From positions 64,001 to 128,000 of the IMG/VR virus record IMGVR_UViG_3300032242_000488: 64,000 nt of DNA; one strand, 5' to 3'. Origin of the DNA: a virus. This document shows, piece after piece, positions 19,125 through 28,428 of the stretch (position 1 is its first letter; every line of letters begins with the position of its first letter). A program made the translations under genes and the position numbers. The notes beneath the pieces were generated by a model. It was not told the DNA's origin, searched no databases, and saw nothing but the letters and a program-made list of their open reading frames with translations.

Positions 19125-19882
19125 TTTTATTAGAAGGCGGTAATGTATTTGCCAATGCAACTCCATTCGATCACAAAGATGTTCCTGCAATACTTAAAAC
19201 AATCAACGGCGCACTAGCCGGTACCGGTATTACTGCTATTCCCGTCGGTTCGGCTGCTACACCAAAACACGGTCATACTAGCGGAGATATGGACGTTATT
19301 GTAGACGAACAGGCAGTACTAAACTACTTCAAAGCTAAGGATGCCAAAGCAGGCCGTAAGGCACTTAATGATTATATCAGCAGTAAAGGTTTAGAAACTG
19401 CACAAAGTGGTATCAATGTACACGTAAACGTTCCTGTTAACGGAGAGTTTCATCAAGTAGACGTTATGGTATCAGCTAATGCTGAGAAAGTGTCAAAATT
19501 TCACACCCATGCTATTCCAGATAACAGTCCTTACAAGGGCGTTAACAAACAACTAATGATGGCCATACTTGCCAAACAAAAGAACTATATGTGGTCAGCA
19601 TGGCAAGGTCTGTTTAGTCGTACACCAGAAGGTAAGAAGGGTGAACTAGTTGCCGATAACTTGGATGATGTTGCCAAACACCTGTTTGGTCCTAACGGTA
19701 GTGCTAAAGATTTAGGAAGTGTCGAAGCCATCCTTGCCGCATTACCTAAACCAGAAGCAGATGCACTATTGGCCAAAGCCAAAGAAGATGCTAACTGGAA
19801 AGAAGTACCAGTCAAGCAAGAAAGTTATCGTATTGGAACTAACGAATGGTTCCGTCATATGTTGGATAAGGTACAGCTATGA
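19121..19882 (+). CDS. Pol-beta-superfamily nucleotidyltransferase-like protein
   Basis: 'VGS.......SGDMDVIVD' (GS..DxD) plus distal 'QVD'; N-terminal 'LLE|GG' putative protease site. Confidence 0.55.
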   Translation: MILLEGGNVFANATPFDHKDVPAILKTINGALAGTGITAIPVGSAATPKHGHTSGDMDVIVDEQAVLNYFKAKDAKAGRKALNDYISSKGLETAQSGINVHVNVPVNGEFHQVDVMVSANAEKVSKFHTHAIPDNSPYKGVNKQLMMAILAKQKNYMWSAWQGLFSRTPEGKKGELVADNLDDVAKHLFGPNGSAKDLGSVEAILAALPKPEADALLAKAKEDANWKEVPVKQESYRIGTNEWFRHMLDKVQL

Positions 19883-21021
19883 GACTAAGACAACTGTTTA
19901 AAGAAGCAGAAGCACCTAAACAGTTAGGTCGAGCATTTAACCACCTAGAAGATCTAGTTTTCTTTCACGGTACTAAAGGCACACTTGAAGCACTAAGTCA
20001 TATTAAAGACTTTGCCAGTCAAGAAGGCGCACAGAGTATTCGTATGAAGTGGGACGGCAATCCACAAATATATTGGGGTCGTGCAGAAGCCAACGGTCCT
20101 TTAATATTAGCAGGACACAATGGTTGGAGCAAAGGTGCTGTAACAGACAGCCCAGAAGCTGTACAAGATTTTATTGCTAATAAATCTGGTAGTCCAAAGA
20201 CTCCAGAAGAAAAAGCAAGCCGTGATAAGTTTGCTAGCGAGTTCGCTAGCCTATATCCCCTGTTTGATAAAGCAACACCACGTGACTTTGTGGGTTTTGT
20301 CTATGCTGACGGTTTGTTCTTACAAAAGCCTGCGGCAGACAAAGAAGGTGTATACACATTCTGTCCTAATCCAAAGAGTCAAACTTGCTATCACGTTCGT
20401 GCTAATAGTCCACTAGGTAAACGCATCAGTGGCGCACAAGTAATGGTTGTGGGACATGCGTTCTTTCCAGAGTTTGGTATGCCTGATGCTAGTCAAAAGC
20501 CTATTAGTGACTTTAGTCAGTTTAACAGCAATCCACAACTAATCGTTCTTGGTCCAATATACAACAGCAAGCCTGTTAAGATTGACACTACCGCAGTTGA
20601 TGCCGTAGAACAGTTTGCACAAGCACACGGTCCACAGATGGACAGTTTCCTACAAGGACTTCCGGGACTAGGCGACCTAAAAAATATTATCTACACTTAT
20701 GTAAATCAAACAGCCAAAGCAAAACAGTTAGACTCGCTAAGTCCAAAACATTTTACAGAATGGTTGGCAGCTTCAAAGACTAGTCCGGGCAAACAACAAA
20801 AGATTAATGATCTAGTGGCGGCTAATCCAACAGCACTAGCAACTATCTTTACATTAGTAAAACGTATACAAGCAATGAAAGATGATATCATTGATCAAAT
20901 CGAAGGCGAACAAGGTGAGATATGGGATACGCACGGCGAAGGTCGTGTGCGTTATGCAGATCAAACTAAACAGCTAGGTCACGTTAAACTTGTACCTCGC
21001 AAGCGTTGGACACCGACCTAA
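19879..21021 (+). CDS. Ligase-fold nucleotidyltransferase-like protein (DUF6267-like)
   Basis: 'HLEDL', motif I-like 'KWDG', distal 'GEG.V' and 'KLV.R'. Confidence 0.55.
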   Translation: MRLRQLFKEAEAPKQLGRAFNHLEDLVFFHGTKGTLEALSHIKDFASQEGAQSIRMKWDGNPQIYWGRAEANGPLILAGHNGWSKGAVTDSPEAVQDFIANKSGSPKTPEEKASRDKFASEFASLYPLFDKATPRDFVGFVYADGLFLQKPAADKEGVYTFCPNPKSQTCYHVRANSPLGKRISGAQVMVVGHAFFPEFGMPDASQKPISDFSQFNSNPQLIVLGPIYNSKPVKIDTTAVDAVEQFAQAHGPQMDSFLQGLPGLGDLKNIIYTYVNQTAKAKQLDSLSPKHFTEWLAASKTSPGKQQKINDLVAANPTALATIFTLVKRIQAMKDDIIDQIEGEQGEIWDTHGEGRVRYADQTKQLGHVKLVPRKRWTPT

Positions 21022-21030
21022 GGACTTATT

Positions 21031-22071
21031 ATGAAACTAAGACAACTATTTGAAGGAATGGGGCAGGAAGTTGCCATTATATTCGGTCGCTTTAACCCTC
21101 CGCATAAAGGACATAGAGCCGCATGGGAACTTGCCGCAAAGAGTCCTATTTGGTATGTAGGTACTAATGAAAGTACAGTAGGTCCAAAGGATCCATTACC
21201 ATACGGCATCAAAGTAGAAGCAATGACTGCCATATGGCCAGAAGTTGAAGGACATATTATTGCAGAAACTTCATGGCTAACACTAGCTAGCCTAGTATAT
21301 GAGAAGCACGGAGATGTTACACTATTCTGCCTAACTGACGAAGATTGGGTTACTAAGACTATTGTTCAATACAATGGTAAAGAAGGTGCTCATGGTTTCT
21401 ATAACTTTAAAACTATTAAACAAAAGCCAACACCGCGTTTAAGTTCAGCTACTGCTTTACGTGACGCAGTAACAAAAGGCGATCGTGAAGCATTTGCTAA
21501 TGCCGCGGGTGTTCCAGCAGATACTCCTGTAGCAGGTAAACCATTCTTTGATCTTGTAGCAGAATACCTGCTACCATACTCTAATGCACCTGTAAAGAAA
21601 ACTGCAAAGAAGAAAGTGGCTGCACCTGTAGAAGGTGTAGAAGAAAGTATGTTGCCAGCTAGTGCGTTTGCAGGCAGTTCTAAATACAAAATGGGACAAG
21701 CAGGACAATGGCGTAACGACGGTCCTAGTAAGAATCGTCCGGCACGTCGAGGCGACCTAGTTGGATCCACAGATGAGTCCGAAGGTAGTCCGGAAGGTCT
21801 TCCACACTTAACAAAGACCATGCTAACACACATTGTACAGCAAGTTGGCTCAGAGGGCGCACACGCTATTATTAAAAGTTTAGAGTGGGGTGATGGTGCT
21901 AGTAAAGAACTTCTACATTTGATTGTTCAAGACATAGAAGACGATATAAAAGCCAACGACTTTAGACAAGAAGATGCAGCCGGCGTAGGTATCATTACTA
22001 AGCAAAACTCAACTGTAGATGTAAACAAAGGCACACCACGCAAAAATCTTAAAGCATTTAAACTAGCATGA
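21031..22071 (+). CDS. Cytidyltransferase-like (HxGH) nucleotidyltransferase
   Basis: 'FGRFNPPHKGH', 'DPL', 'SSATALR'. Confidence 0.75.
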   Translation: MKLRQLFEGMGQEVAIIFGRFNPPHKGHRAAWELAAKSPIWYVGTNESTVGPKDPLPYGIKVEAMTAIWPEVEGHIIAETSWLTLASLVYEKHGDVTLFCLTDEDWVTKTIVQYNGKEGAHGFYNFKTIKQKPTPRLSSATALRDAVTKGDREAFANAAGVPADTPVAGKPFFDLVAEYLLPYSNAPVKKTAKKKVAAPVEGVEESMLPASAFAGSSKYKMGQAGQWRNDGPSKNRPARRGDLVGSTDESEGSPEGLPHLTKTMLTHIVQQVGSEGAHAIIKSLEWGDGASKELLHLIVQDIEDDIKANDFRQEDAAGVGIITKQNSTVDVNKGTPRKNLKAFKLA

Positions 22072-22355
22072 AACAATACAAGATAACAAGTCAAGATTTA
22101 ATTCAGGATAGTCCTGATGATTGTTATCTTGCACCTGAAGATCCAATCCATGAACTAAAGATATTATCTGGCATGGGCGGACTAGGCGCCGAAGCTAGAC
22201 TACATGAGTATCGTGCTAATCAAGGCAGTAATATAAGTGTTACTGGAGATAGCAAAGGCGAACTAATGAAGAAGCATAACATACAACCTGGAACTAAAGA
22301 ATGGTTTAAGTTATGGTTCAGTCGTCCGTACCTTACAGGAGAACCTCCCGTATGA
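22068..22355 (+). CDS. Hypothetical protein
   Basis: 'IQPGTKEWFKLWF' motif resembles the C-terminus of 19121 ('IGTNEWF'). Confidence 0.6.
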   Translation: MKQYKITSQDLIQDSPDDCYLAPEDPIHELKILSGMGGLGAEARLHEYRANQGSNISVTGDSKGELMKKHNIQPGTKEWFKLWFSRPYLTGEPPV

Positions 22356-22486
22356 AGCTACGTGAATTATTTGAACATAAAAAAGGTGTTCGTGCCGTTA
22401 AATATAATAAGAAACCAAAAGCGTTTATTGAACCTAAAAAACCAATCAAACCTAAAAAGGTAGGAACAAAACATGAAAATGAGTGA
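22352..22486 (+). CDS. Small basic protein (44 aa, not in ORF track)
   Basis: MKLRELFEHKKGVRAVKYNKKPK...; shares the leader motif; ATGA overlap. Confidence 0.6.
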   Translation: MKLRELFEHKKGVRAVKYNKKPKAFIEPKKPIKPKKVGTKHENE

Positions 22487-22790
22487 ACTATTAGAAGCAA
22501 AAACTAAAAAAGCTGAGGCACCTAAGCCACGTAATTTTGTGGCTAAAAATGCTATCAACACAGGCGCTGGCGCACACAAAGACAAAAAGAAAGCCGCTAA
22601 ACAGGGCGATACTAAGCACAAGAATAAAGATCTTGAAATGGCAGAATCTGCTAGTGCAGGTGCTACTAGTGCGGCTAACGTAGGTGTAGGTCCTGTATAC
22701 AAGAACAAAAAACCTAAGATGCAAAAACCCGGAACTAACGCTTTAGACGGCGATAACTTAATGACCGGTGGCAGTATTGTAAAACGATAA
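22473..22790 (+). CDS. Basic hypothetical protein (putative internal head protein)
   Basis: MKMSELLE leader; Lys-rich. Confidence 0.6.
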   Translation: MKMSELLEAKTKKAEAPKPRNFVAKNAINTGAGAHKDKKKAAKQGDTKHKNKDLEMAESASAGATSAANVGVGPVYKNKKPKMQKPGTNALDGDNLMTGGSIVKR

Positions 22791-22793
22791 ATA
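22787..22793 (+). promoter_or_regulatory. T4-like late promoter (ATAAATA)
   Basis: Upstream of 22816. Confidence 0.55.
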
Positions 22794-22815
22794 CATAAAG
22801 ACAACGGAGTTACCC

Positions 22816-23766
22816 ATGCAACCACAAGTACAAATGCAACAACCAGACGATGAGGGCGGAATGGCCCGTGCAGACCTATATAGAGCTGCCAAGCACTCTA
22901 TGAAACTGTTTCAAATGATTCAGGATAATCAGCCACTAGAAGGTTGGGTACAAGCAAAGATCACCAAGGCTGCTGACTATCTAGACAGCATCTATCACTA
23001 CATGGAATATCAAGTAAAGTTTGGTCAAGGCGCAGTTGCTGCCAGCGTTGACGACATTACTGGAGACATGGAAACTGCCGCTCGTGCCGCAGAAGAAGAT
23101 GAAGAAAAAACTGATATGGAAGAATCTATGAACTACGAACAAAAACTTCAAGCACTATTAGAAAGTGCTGTTAAAAAAGCCAAAAAAGATTACGACGGTG
23201 ACGGCAAAATCGAAACTGGCAAGGATGAATATTTAGGTAGCCGAATCGCTGCCGCTAAGAAAGCTGGCAAGATGAAAGAAGGAACTTGTTCTGTCTGCCA
23301 TAAAGATCCGTGCAAGTGTAAAGATGTTAAAGAAGGTTTCCCAACTGTTGACGATGCAAAGAAAAATGCACAGGGTACAGCTGGAATGAAGGCAGGTGAA
23401 AAGAAAAAGTCTAGCACTGGTGGCACTATCGAAAAGACCAAGACTGGTATTAAACATACTGCTGGTAAGAATTATAGTGGCAAAGGCGTTGCAGAAGCTG
23501 ATGAAAAATGCAATCATAGTGCTAAAGGTAAAAAGTGTCCAGTACACGGCCTAAAAGAATGTGGTACTATGATGGCCTATGAAGCTGCCAAGCCAAGTGC
23601 AGGAATGAGCAAAGGTGCTAAGTCGGCATTAGTCAAGAAAGCTAAGAAGGGCGGAGATATTGGTAAGCCAGGTAAGAGTTTTGACAAAGTAGCCAAGGCT
23701 GCTGGTGGTGGCGAAAAAGGCAAAAAGATTGCCGCTGCCGCTATGTGGAAGAACGCGGCCAAGTAA
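22816..23766 (+). CDS. Lys/Ala-rich hypothetical protein (putative internal head protein)
   Basis: Modular: 'WVQAKIT.A.DY', 'DYDGDGKIE', Cys clusters, K/A-rich tail. Confidence 0.65.
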   Translation: MQPQVQMQQPDDEGGMARADLYRAAKHSMKLFQMIQDNQPLEGWVQAKITKAADYLDSIYHYMEYQVKFGQGAVAASVDDITGDMETAARAAEEDEEKTDMEESMNYEQKLQALLESAVKKAKKDYDGDGKIETGKDEYLGSRIAAAKKAGKMKEGTCSVCHKDPCKCKDVKEGFPTVDDAKKNAQGTAGMKAGEKKKSSTGGTIEKTKTGIKHTAGKNYSGKGVAEADEKCNHSAKGKKCPVHGLKECGTMMAYEAAKPSAGMSKGAKSALVKKAKKGGDIGKPGKSFDKVAKAAGGGEKGKKIAAAAMWKNAAK

Positions 23767-23778
23767 GGAATAGACAAA

Positions 23779-24741
23779 ATGGATATGAAGAAAATATTAC
23801 AAGCCTTTGACGGGGCCGCTGAGAAGAAGCCTGTGCAAGGTGCTAATGATATGAAGAAGTTCCTATCCATTGTGAAGGAAAGTGCTAATCCATATACACC
23901 TGCAAAAGAATCTGTTATTACAAGTTTTGAAGAAGGGTCAGTAGGCGGTGATGCTAATGCATTTTTGTTAGCCGCTGATACTATTCAAGATGAAGTAATG
24001 GCACAGGTTAACAAGATCAAGATCAATGCAGACGAAGCTAGCTTACGTGATATGATGGACAAGTTCAATGCTTTCATGACTGCTTATCATAATGTTGGTA
24101 AAGGCATTCTACAACCAGACATGTTTAATGATGAGATGGGCGAAAGCGTAGAAGAAGGCCGTCACGGATATGATGACAGTGGTATGAGTCTTGCACCGGG
24201 CAACGATGAAGGCCCTGATAGTTGGGACTACAGTGCGGCACATGATAGGATTGGCGCAGGCGATCCTAGACCAAAAAGAAGTGCATATCAAGCACCGCAG
24301 GATAAACCACAAATGGTTGGCATGTTCTTTTATAATGTACAACCAGGACAAGAAAATGAAGCAGCCGCATTAGGTATTAAACAAACTAAAAGCGGCAAAT
24401 GGGCAAAAACAAAATATAGCACAAGCGGACGCACATTTGGCATGCAAAAAGATCAAGCTGACAAGGCATTTGGTGTTGGCAAATGGTGGGCTCCTAAAAC
24501 AGAAAGCGTACAGTCAGTAGCAGAAATGGATAAGAGTCAAACTCCTCCAGGACGTGATGGTAGCAATAGTGATTCAGATGCTGGTAAGAAAGAATACTAC
24601 GGCAAATCTGTTAAGGCTAACGACGTTGTTAAAAGTGCTACTAAGAGTCTTGACAAAGAAATGAAGAAGGCGCATGCCAAAGAAGGCCTAAGTTTTAAAG
24701 ATTATGTTAACTTAGCAGAAGCTAAAAAGGGACTTGAATAA
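23779..24741 (+). CDS. Hypothetical protein (putative internal head protein)
   Basis: Repeated 'DMKK.L' motif; several xxE putative cleavage sites. Confidence 0.65.
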   Translation: MDMKKILQAFDGAAEKKPVQGANDMKKFLSIVKESANPYTPAKESVITSFEEGSVGGDANAFLLAADTIQDEVMAQVNKIKINADEASLRDMMDKFNAFMTAYHNVGKGILQPDMFNDEMGESVEEGRHGYDDSGMSLAPGNDEGPDSWDYSAAHDRIGAGDPRPKRSAYQAPQDKPQMVGMFFYNVQPGQENEAAALGIKQTKSGKWAKTKYSTSGRTFGMQKDQADKAFGVGKWWAPKTESVQSVAEMDKSQTPPGRDGSNSDSDAGKKEYYGKSVKANDVVKSATKSLDKEMKKAHAKEGLSFKDYVNLAEAKKGLE

Positions 24742-25130
24742 TGAGATTATTAGCCTTAGTAGTAGCAGTATCTTTAACCGGCTGTGCTAGCATTAAGGAA
24801 ATGATTCCTAGTTTTCAGGATCCTAATCAGTCAGCTAAGATTATAGATGTACGTCAAAGTGTAGCACAGTTGGATTGTAAACAACCACATGCTCCACAAG
24901 TTAAACAAATAAAAGATAACTTAGAATGGTTTGAGCTATATAGTACTAGCAAAGGCGAAAGACAAAACGATGTATTACGTTTGATCAAACCAATGCAAGA
25001 AACAGTAGATGATTTTTACAAGCGCAGTACAAGTGAAAAGCAGGGTAGCGATACCTATTGCGAGATTAAGAAAAAGTTAATGACTACACAGGCCGAACGT
25101 GCGGCGAGTGCAGTACTAGGGAGATTCTAA
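24741..25130 (+). CDS. Lipoprotein
   Basis: Signal peptide with lipobox LTGC. Confidence 0.65.
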   Translation: MRLLALVVAVSLTGCASIKEMIPSFQDPNQSAKIIDVRQSVAQLDCKQPHAPQVKQIKDNLEWFELYSTSKGERQNDVLRLIKPMQETVDDFYKRSTSEKQGSDTYCEIKKKLMTTQAERAASAVLGRF

Positions 25131-25363
25131 TGAACGAACTGATTCAATGTATTAACTCAGGAAAAGGTTGGGCCGCTGAACGTGCTAATATGGCATATCA
25201 AATAGGTCAAGCATTACAAGCAGGACAAGTAGGTCCTGATGAAGCAAAGGAACTGTTAGAAGATTTAGTTAGAACAGACAAGCTAGATGCAGAAGCAGAC
25301 GATATGGCTCTTAAGGCCTTGTTAGTTACTGGCATCTATGCAGTTATACAGATATGTGGGTAA
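25130..25363 (+). CDS. Hypothetical protein
   Basis: 77-aa ORF, TAATG-coupled. Confidence 0.55.
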   Translation: MNELIQCINSGKGWAAERANMAYQIGQALQAGQVGPDEAKELLEDLVRTDKLDAEADDMALKALLVTGIYAVIQICG

Positions 25364-25364
25364 T

Positions 25365-25799
25365 ATGGAACAACTAATAAACGCATTAAAAATAGCATTT
25401 GCCAGTGAATACGCATTTGCACTAAAGGCACAAAACTTTCATTGGAATACAGAAGGTCCAGATTTCTACGAGTTTCATTTGTTATTTGAAAGAATCTATG
25501 ACGAAGTCTACGGAAGTGTTGATGACTTTGCAGAAAACATTCGTAAGAGTGGCGCTTATGCTCCAGCAAGTCTAGCTAAGTTTAGTATGCTTACTACAGT
25601 TGAAGATGAGAACTCAGTTCCAGAAGCAAGAAGTATGGCAGCAGAACTATTAGCTGACAGTGACAAACTAGCACAGTTAATGGCTATGGTTTACAAAATG
25701 GCTGATGCTTCTGGCGAGTTTGGTCTAGCTAACTTCCTAGCAGATCGTCAAGATGCACATCGTAAGCACAGCTGGTTTTTACGTTCAATGTTAAAATGA
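25365..25799 (+). CDS. dps: Dps/ferritin-like DNA protection protein
   Basis: 'FHWN.EG.DF...H.LFE', 'D..AE.IR', 'H.K..W.L'. Confidence 0.9.
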   Translation: MEQLINALKIAFASEYAFALKAQNFHWNTEGPDFYEFHLLFERIYDEVYGSVDDFAENIRKSGAYAPASLAKFSMLTTVEDENSVPEARSMAAELLADSDKLAQLMAMVYKMADASGEFGLANFLADRQDAHRKHSWFLRSMLK

Positions 25800-25873
25800 G
25801 AGAAAATGAATATCCAGTCTATCCAGAAGATGATGGCACCGACCGTCCAAGAAATCCTTACAGCCCTGTATAA
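25796..25873 (+). CDS. Possible 25-aa peptide
   Basis: MRENEYPVYPEDDGTDRPRNPYSPV; ATGA overlap with the dps stop. Confidence 0.35.
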   Translation: MRENEYPVYPEDDGTDRPRNPYSPV

Positions 25874-25938
25874 TGGCCTAGCCTTATTCGGCGCTGGACT
25901 AGGTGGTATTCCATTAACTATTGGAGATTTAACAGATC

Positions 25939-26661
25939 ATGAGAGCAAATGAGTTTATAACTGAAGCATGGAGTCAGAAATACAAAAAGAGTATTAACTG
26001 CTCGCACCCTAAAGGTTTCAGTCAACGTGCCCATTGTGCTGGTCGAAAGAAACACAACGAATCAGTTGAGATGGAAATGACATGCCCTGACTGCGGCATG
26101 TGCGAATCACACGGCAATCTTAGTGAAATCAAAAAAGGTGCTAAAGACAGCAATGGCTTTACTAAGTGCTGGTCTGGATATCATGCCGCAGGTACAAAAC
26201 AAGGTAAGAATGGTTCAGTACGTAACTGTGTAAAGAATGAAAGCACAGAACTAGAAGAAGAGTTTGATCTTATAGAATCAATCATAGCTGATCTAGCTCT
26301 ACGCAATGGTGTTAACGAAGATGCTGTTTGGGAAGATTTAGAAACACTTACTGACGATGAACTATATGTGTTTGCTGTTACACAGCCAGTTAACGAAGAT
26401 TGGCAGAAAGTCAACAAACACGATAAGACTTCAGGTATGAGTCAAAAGGCAGTAAATGCCTATCGCAGAGAAAATCCAGGCAGTAAACTAAAAACTGCTG
26501 TAACAACAAAACCTAGCAAACTAAAGCGTGGTAGCAAAAGTGCCAAGCGTCGATCAAGTTATTGTTCTAGATCCGCTGGACAAAAGCGTATGCATCATAT
26601 AGATTGTAGTAAAACTCCAGACAAAGCAATTTGTGCGGCACGCCGTCGCTGGAACTGCTAA
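25939..26661 (+). CDS. Basic Cys-rich modular protein (putative internal head protein)
   Basis: MRANEFITE leader; modules separated by xxE sites. Confidence 0.65.
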   Translation: MRANEFITEAWSQKYKKSINCSHPKGFSQRAHCAGRKKHNESVEMEMTCPDCGMCESHGNLSEIKKGAKDSNGFTKCWSGYHAAGTKQGKNGSVRNCVKNESTELEEEFDLIESIIADLALRNGVNEDAVWEDLETLTDDELYVFAVTQPVNEDWQKVNKHDKTSGMSQKAVNAYRRENPGSKLKTAVTTKPSKLKRGSKSAKRRSSYCSRSAGQKRMHHIDCSKTPDKAICAARRRWNC

Positions 26662-27221
26662 TGCGAGCAAAGGAAATATTTGAAAACTTTGCTGACGGTA
26701 AACATCCTGAAGATAAGGGTGATAGCAAACGTTATCATGTACCAACTAAGGCTAGTGTAAGCACACTACGCAAAGTTGCCAAGCAGGGCGGACGTAAAGG
26801 ACAATTAGCACATTGGATGGCTAACATGAAAGCTGGTCGTGCTAAACATGAAAGCACAGAATCCGCAGATCCTAAAAAAGAAAAACTCATACACGACTTT
26901 CTTAAGTTTGCCACTAAGAAGCTACAATTACGTTCTGATTTTACAATAGAGTTTAGTTACGATACTAAGTCTGCACAAGATGAACATCACACAGGTGCAT
27001 ATAACTTTAAAAAGAATCATATGACTGTGTATTCTGCACATCGTAATCTAATAGATATATTACGTACATTATGCCACGAGCTAGTACATGCCAAACAAGA
27101 TCAGTTAGGACAACTACATCATCACGATGCTCCGGGTAGCCCACACGAAGCACAAGCAGATGAGATTGCAGGATATTTGATTAAGTTATACGTGAAGAAA
27201 CATCACGATATAATACAATGA
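26661..27221 (+). CDS. Protein with a C-terminal HExxH metallopeptidase-like domain
   Basis: MRAKEIFE leader; 'LRTLCHELVHAKQ...E.QAD..AG'. Confidence 0.6.
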   Translation: MRAKEIFENFADGKHPEDKGDSKRYHVPTKASVSTLRKVAKQGGRKGQLAHWMANMKAGRAKHESTESADPKKEKLIHDFLKFATKKLQLRSDFTIEFSYDTKSAQDEHHTGAYNFKKNHMTVYSAHRNLIDILRTLCHELVHAKQDQLGQLHHHDAPGSPHEAQADEIAGYLIKLYVKKHHDIIQ

Positions 27222-27324
27222 ACACACCTTAGGACCGGTACTTGTTACCGAAAGTGTGCGCCGGCTGCTGGCGCAGGACGGCCCGATTCGCTACCGGGAA
27301 TCCTGGAAGTGAGCACTTTTTTTT
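27221..27324 (+). ncRNA. Putative structured ncRNA (unassigned family)
   Basis: GC-rich intergenic island with five stems, possible pseudoknots and a U8 tail. Confidence 0.6.
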
Positions 27325-27326
27325 GG

Positions 27327-27333
27327 GTAAATA
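27327..27333 (+). promoter_or_regulatory. Possible late promoter (GTAAATA)
   Basis: Only 4 nt upstream of the desaturase ATG; would give a near-leaderless mRNA. Confidence 0.4.
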
Positions 27334-27337
27334 CTAG

Positions 27338-28036
27338 ATGATTATATTATATACGTTAATACTAACACATATTACTATTGTTTGCGTTACCCTGTTCCTA
27401 CATAGAGGACAAGCACATAAAGGATTTGTTTTTAATCCTGTGCTAGAACACTTTATGCGCTTCTGGTTATGGTTAACAACAGGTATGGTTACTAAGCAGT
27501 GGGTAGCGATACACCGCAAGCATCACAGATTCAGTGATGTTGAGGGTGACCCGCATAGTCCACATGTATATGGTATATGGCGTGTATTCTTTAAGGGCGC
27601 AGGATTATATCATGATGCTAGTAAAGATGCAGTTATGGTTGCTACTTACGGTCAAGGTACTCCTTATGATTGGGTAGAGCGTAACATTTATACACCCCAC
27701 AGTCGCCTGGGCATTCTCCTAATGTTAGTTATAGACTTGTTGTTATTTGGGCCTTTAGGTTTAATAGTGTGGGGTGTACAAATGATATGGATTCCGTTCT
27801 GGGCCGCTGGTGTTATTAACGGAATAGGACATTGGTGGGGATATCGTAATGGCAAAACTAAAGATCATAGTCGTAATATTAGTCCTTGGGGCATTGTTAT
27901 TGGTGGCGAAGAACTGCATAACAACCACCACTTGGACCCAGCGAGTCCCAAGCTCAGCAAAAGGTGGTTTGAGTTTGATATAGGCTGGATGTGGTTTACA
28001 GTATTTAAAACACTTAGACTAGCAAAAGTTAGATAA
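27338..28036 (+). CDS. Delta-9 fatty acid (acyl-CoA) desaturase
   Basis: His boxes HRGQAH, HRKHH and HNNHH; TM helices. Confidence 0.92.
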   Translation: MIILYTLILTHITIVCVTLFLHRGQAHKGFVFNPVLEHFMRFWLWLTTGMVTKQWVAIHRKHHRFSDVEGDPHSPHVYGIWRVFFKGAGLYHDASKDAVMVATYGQGTPYDWVERNIYTPHSRLGILLMLVIDLLLFGPLGLIVWGVQMIWIPFWAAGVINGIGHWWGYRNGKTKDHSRNISPWGIVIGGEELHNNHHLDPASPKLSKRWFEFDIGWMWFTVFKTLRLAKVR

Positions 28037-28039
28037 ATA
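28033..28039 (+). promoter_or_regulatory. T4-like late promoter (ATAAATA)
   Basis: Upstream of 28045. Confidence 0.5.
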
Positions 28040-28044
28040 TTATT

Positions 28045-28428
28045 ATGAGAGCAAAAGAATTTATTAAAGAAGCTAAAAAAGGTCATATGCTAAAGATTGA
28101 TCCAACTCACAAAGCTGGATTAAAAAATGCTATGACGTTTCCCGATCAAAACTCAAGTACAGGGTCAGCATATCTTAACTGGAGAATGGGTATTGCTCTA
28201 GCAGGTGCACCTGACTATCCTACAAAAATGGCCGCTGATAACTGGATCGGTGGAGACCCATTAGTTAGCACGTATACTCAGGAAGAATACGATATGGTAG
28301 TAGCTGCCAATGATGTAATCGGCGGTGGGCCACTGGAAAACTGGTCTGGCAAACGTAGCGAAGAACTTCCAGGTACACATAAAACAAGTCCAGTAGCTAA
28401 ACCAAAACGTAACAAGTACGGCGTATGA
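28045..28428 (+). CDS. Hypothetical protein (putative internal head protein)
   Basis: MRAKEFIKE leader. Confidence 0.65.
   Translation: MRAKEFIKEAKKGHMLKIDPTHKAGLKNAMTFPDQNSSTGSAYLNWRMGIALAGAPDYPTKMAADNWIGGDPLVSTYTQEEYDMVVAANDVIGGGPLENWSGKRSEELPGTHKTSPVAKPKRNKYGV

Noticed and set aside
27221-27324. tRNA or simple terminator interpretation of the GC-rich island
   Set aside because: No cloverleaf, T-loop GTTC or CCA end; the T-run is not directly preceded by a single stem.
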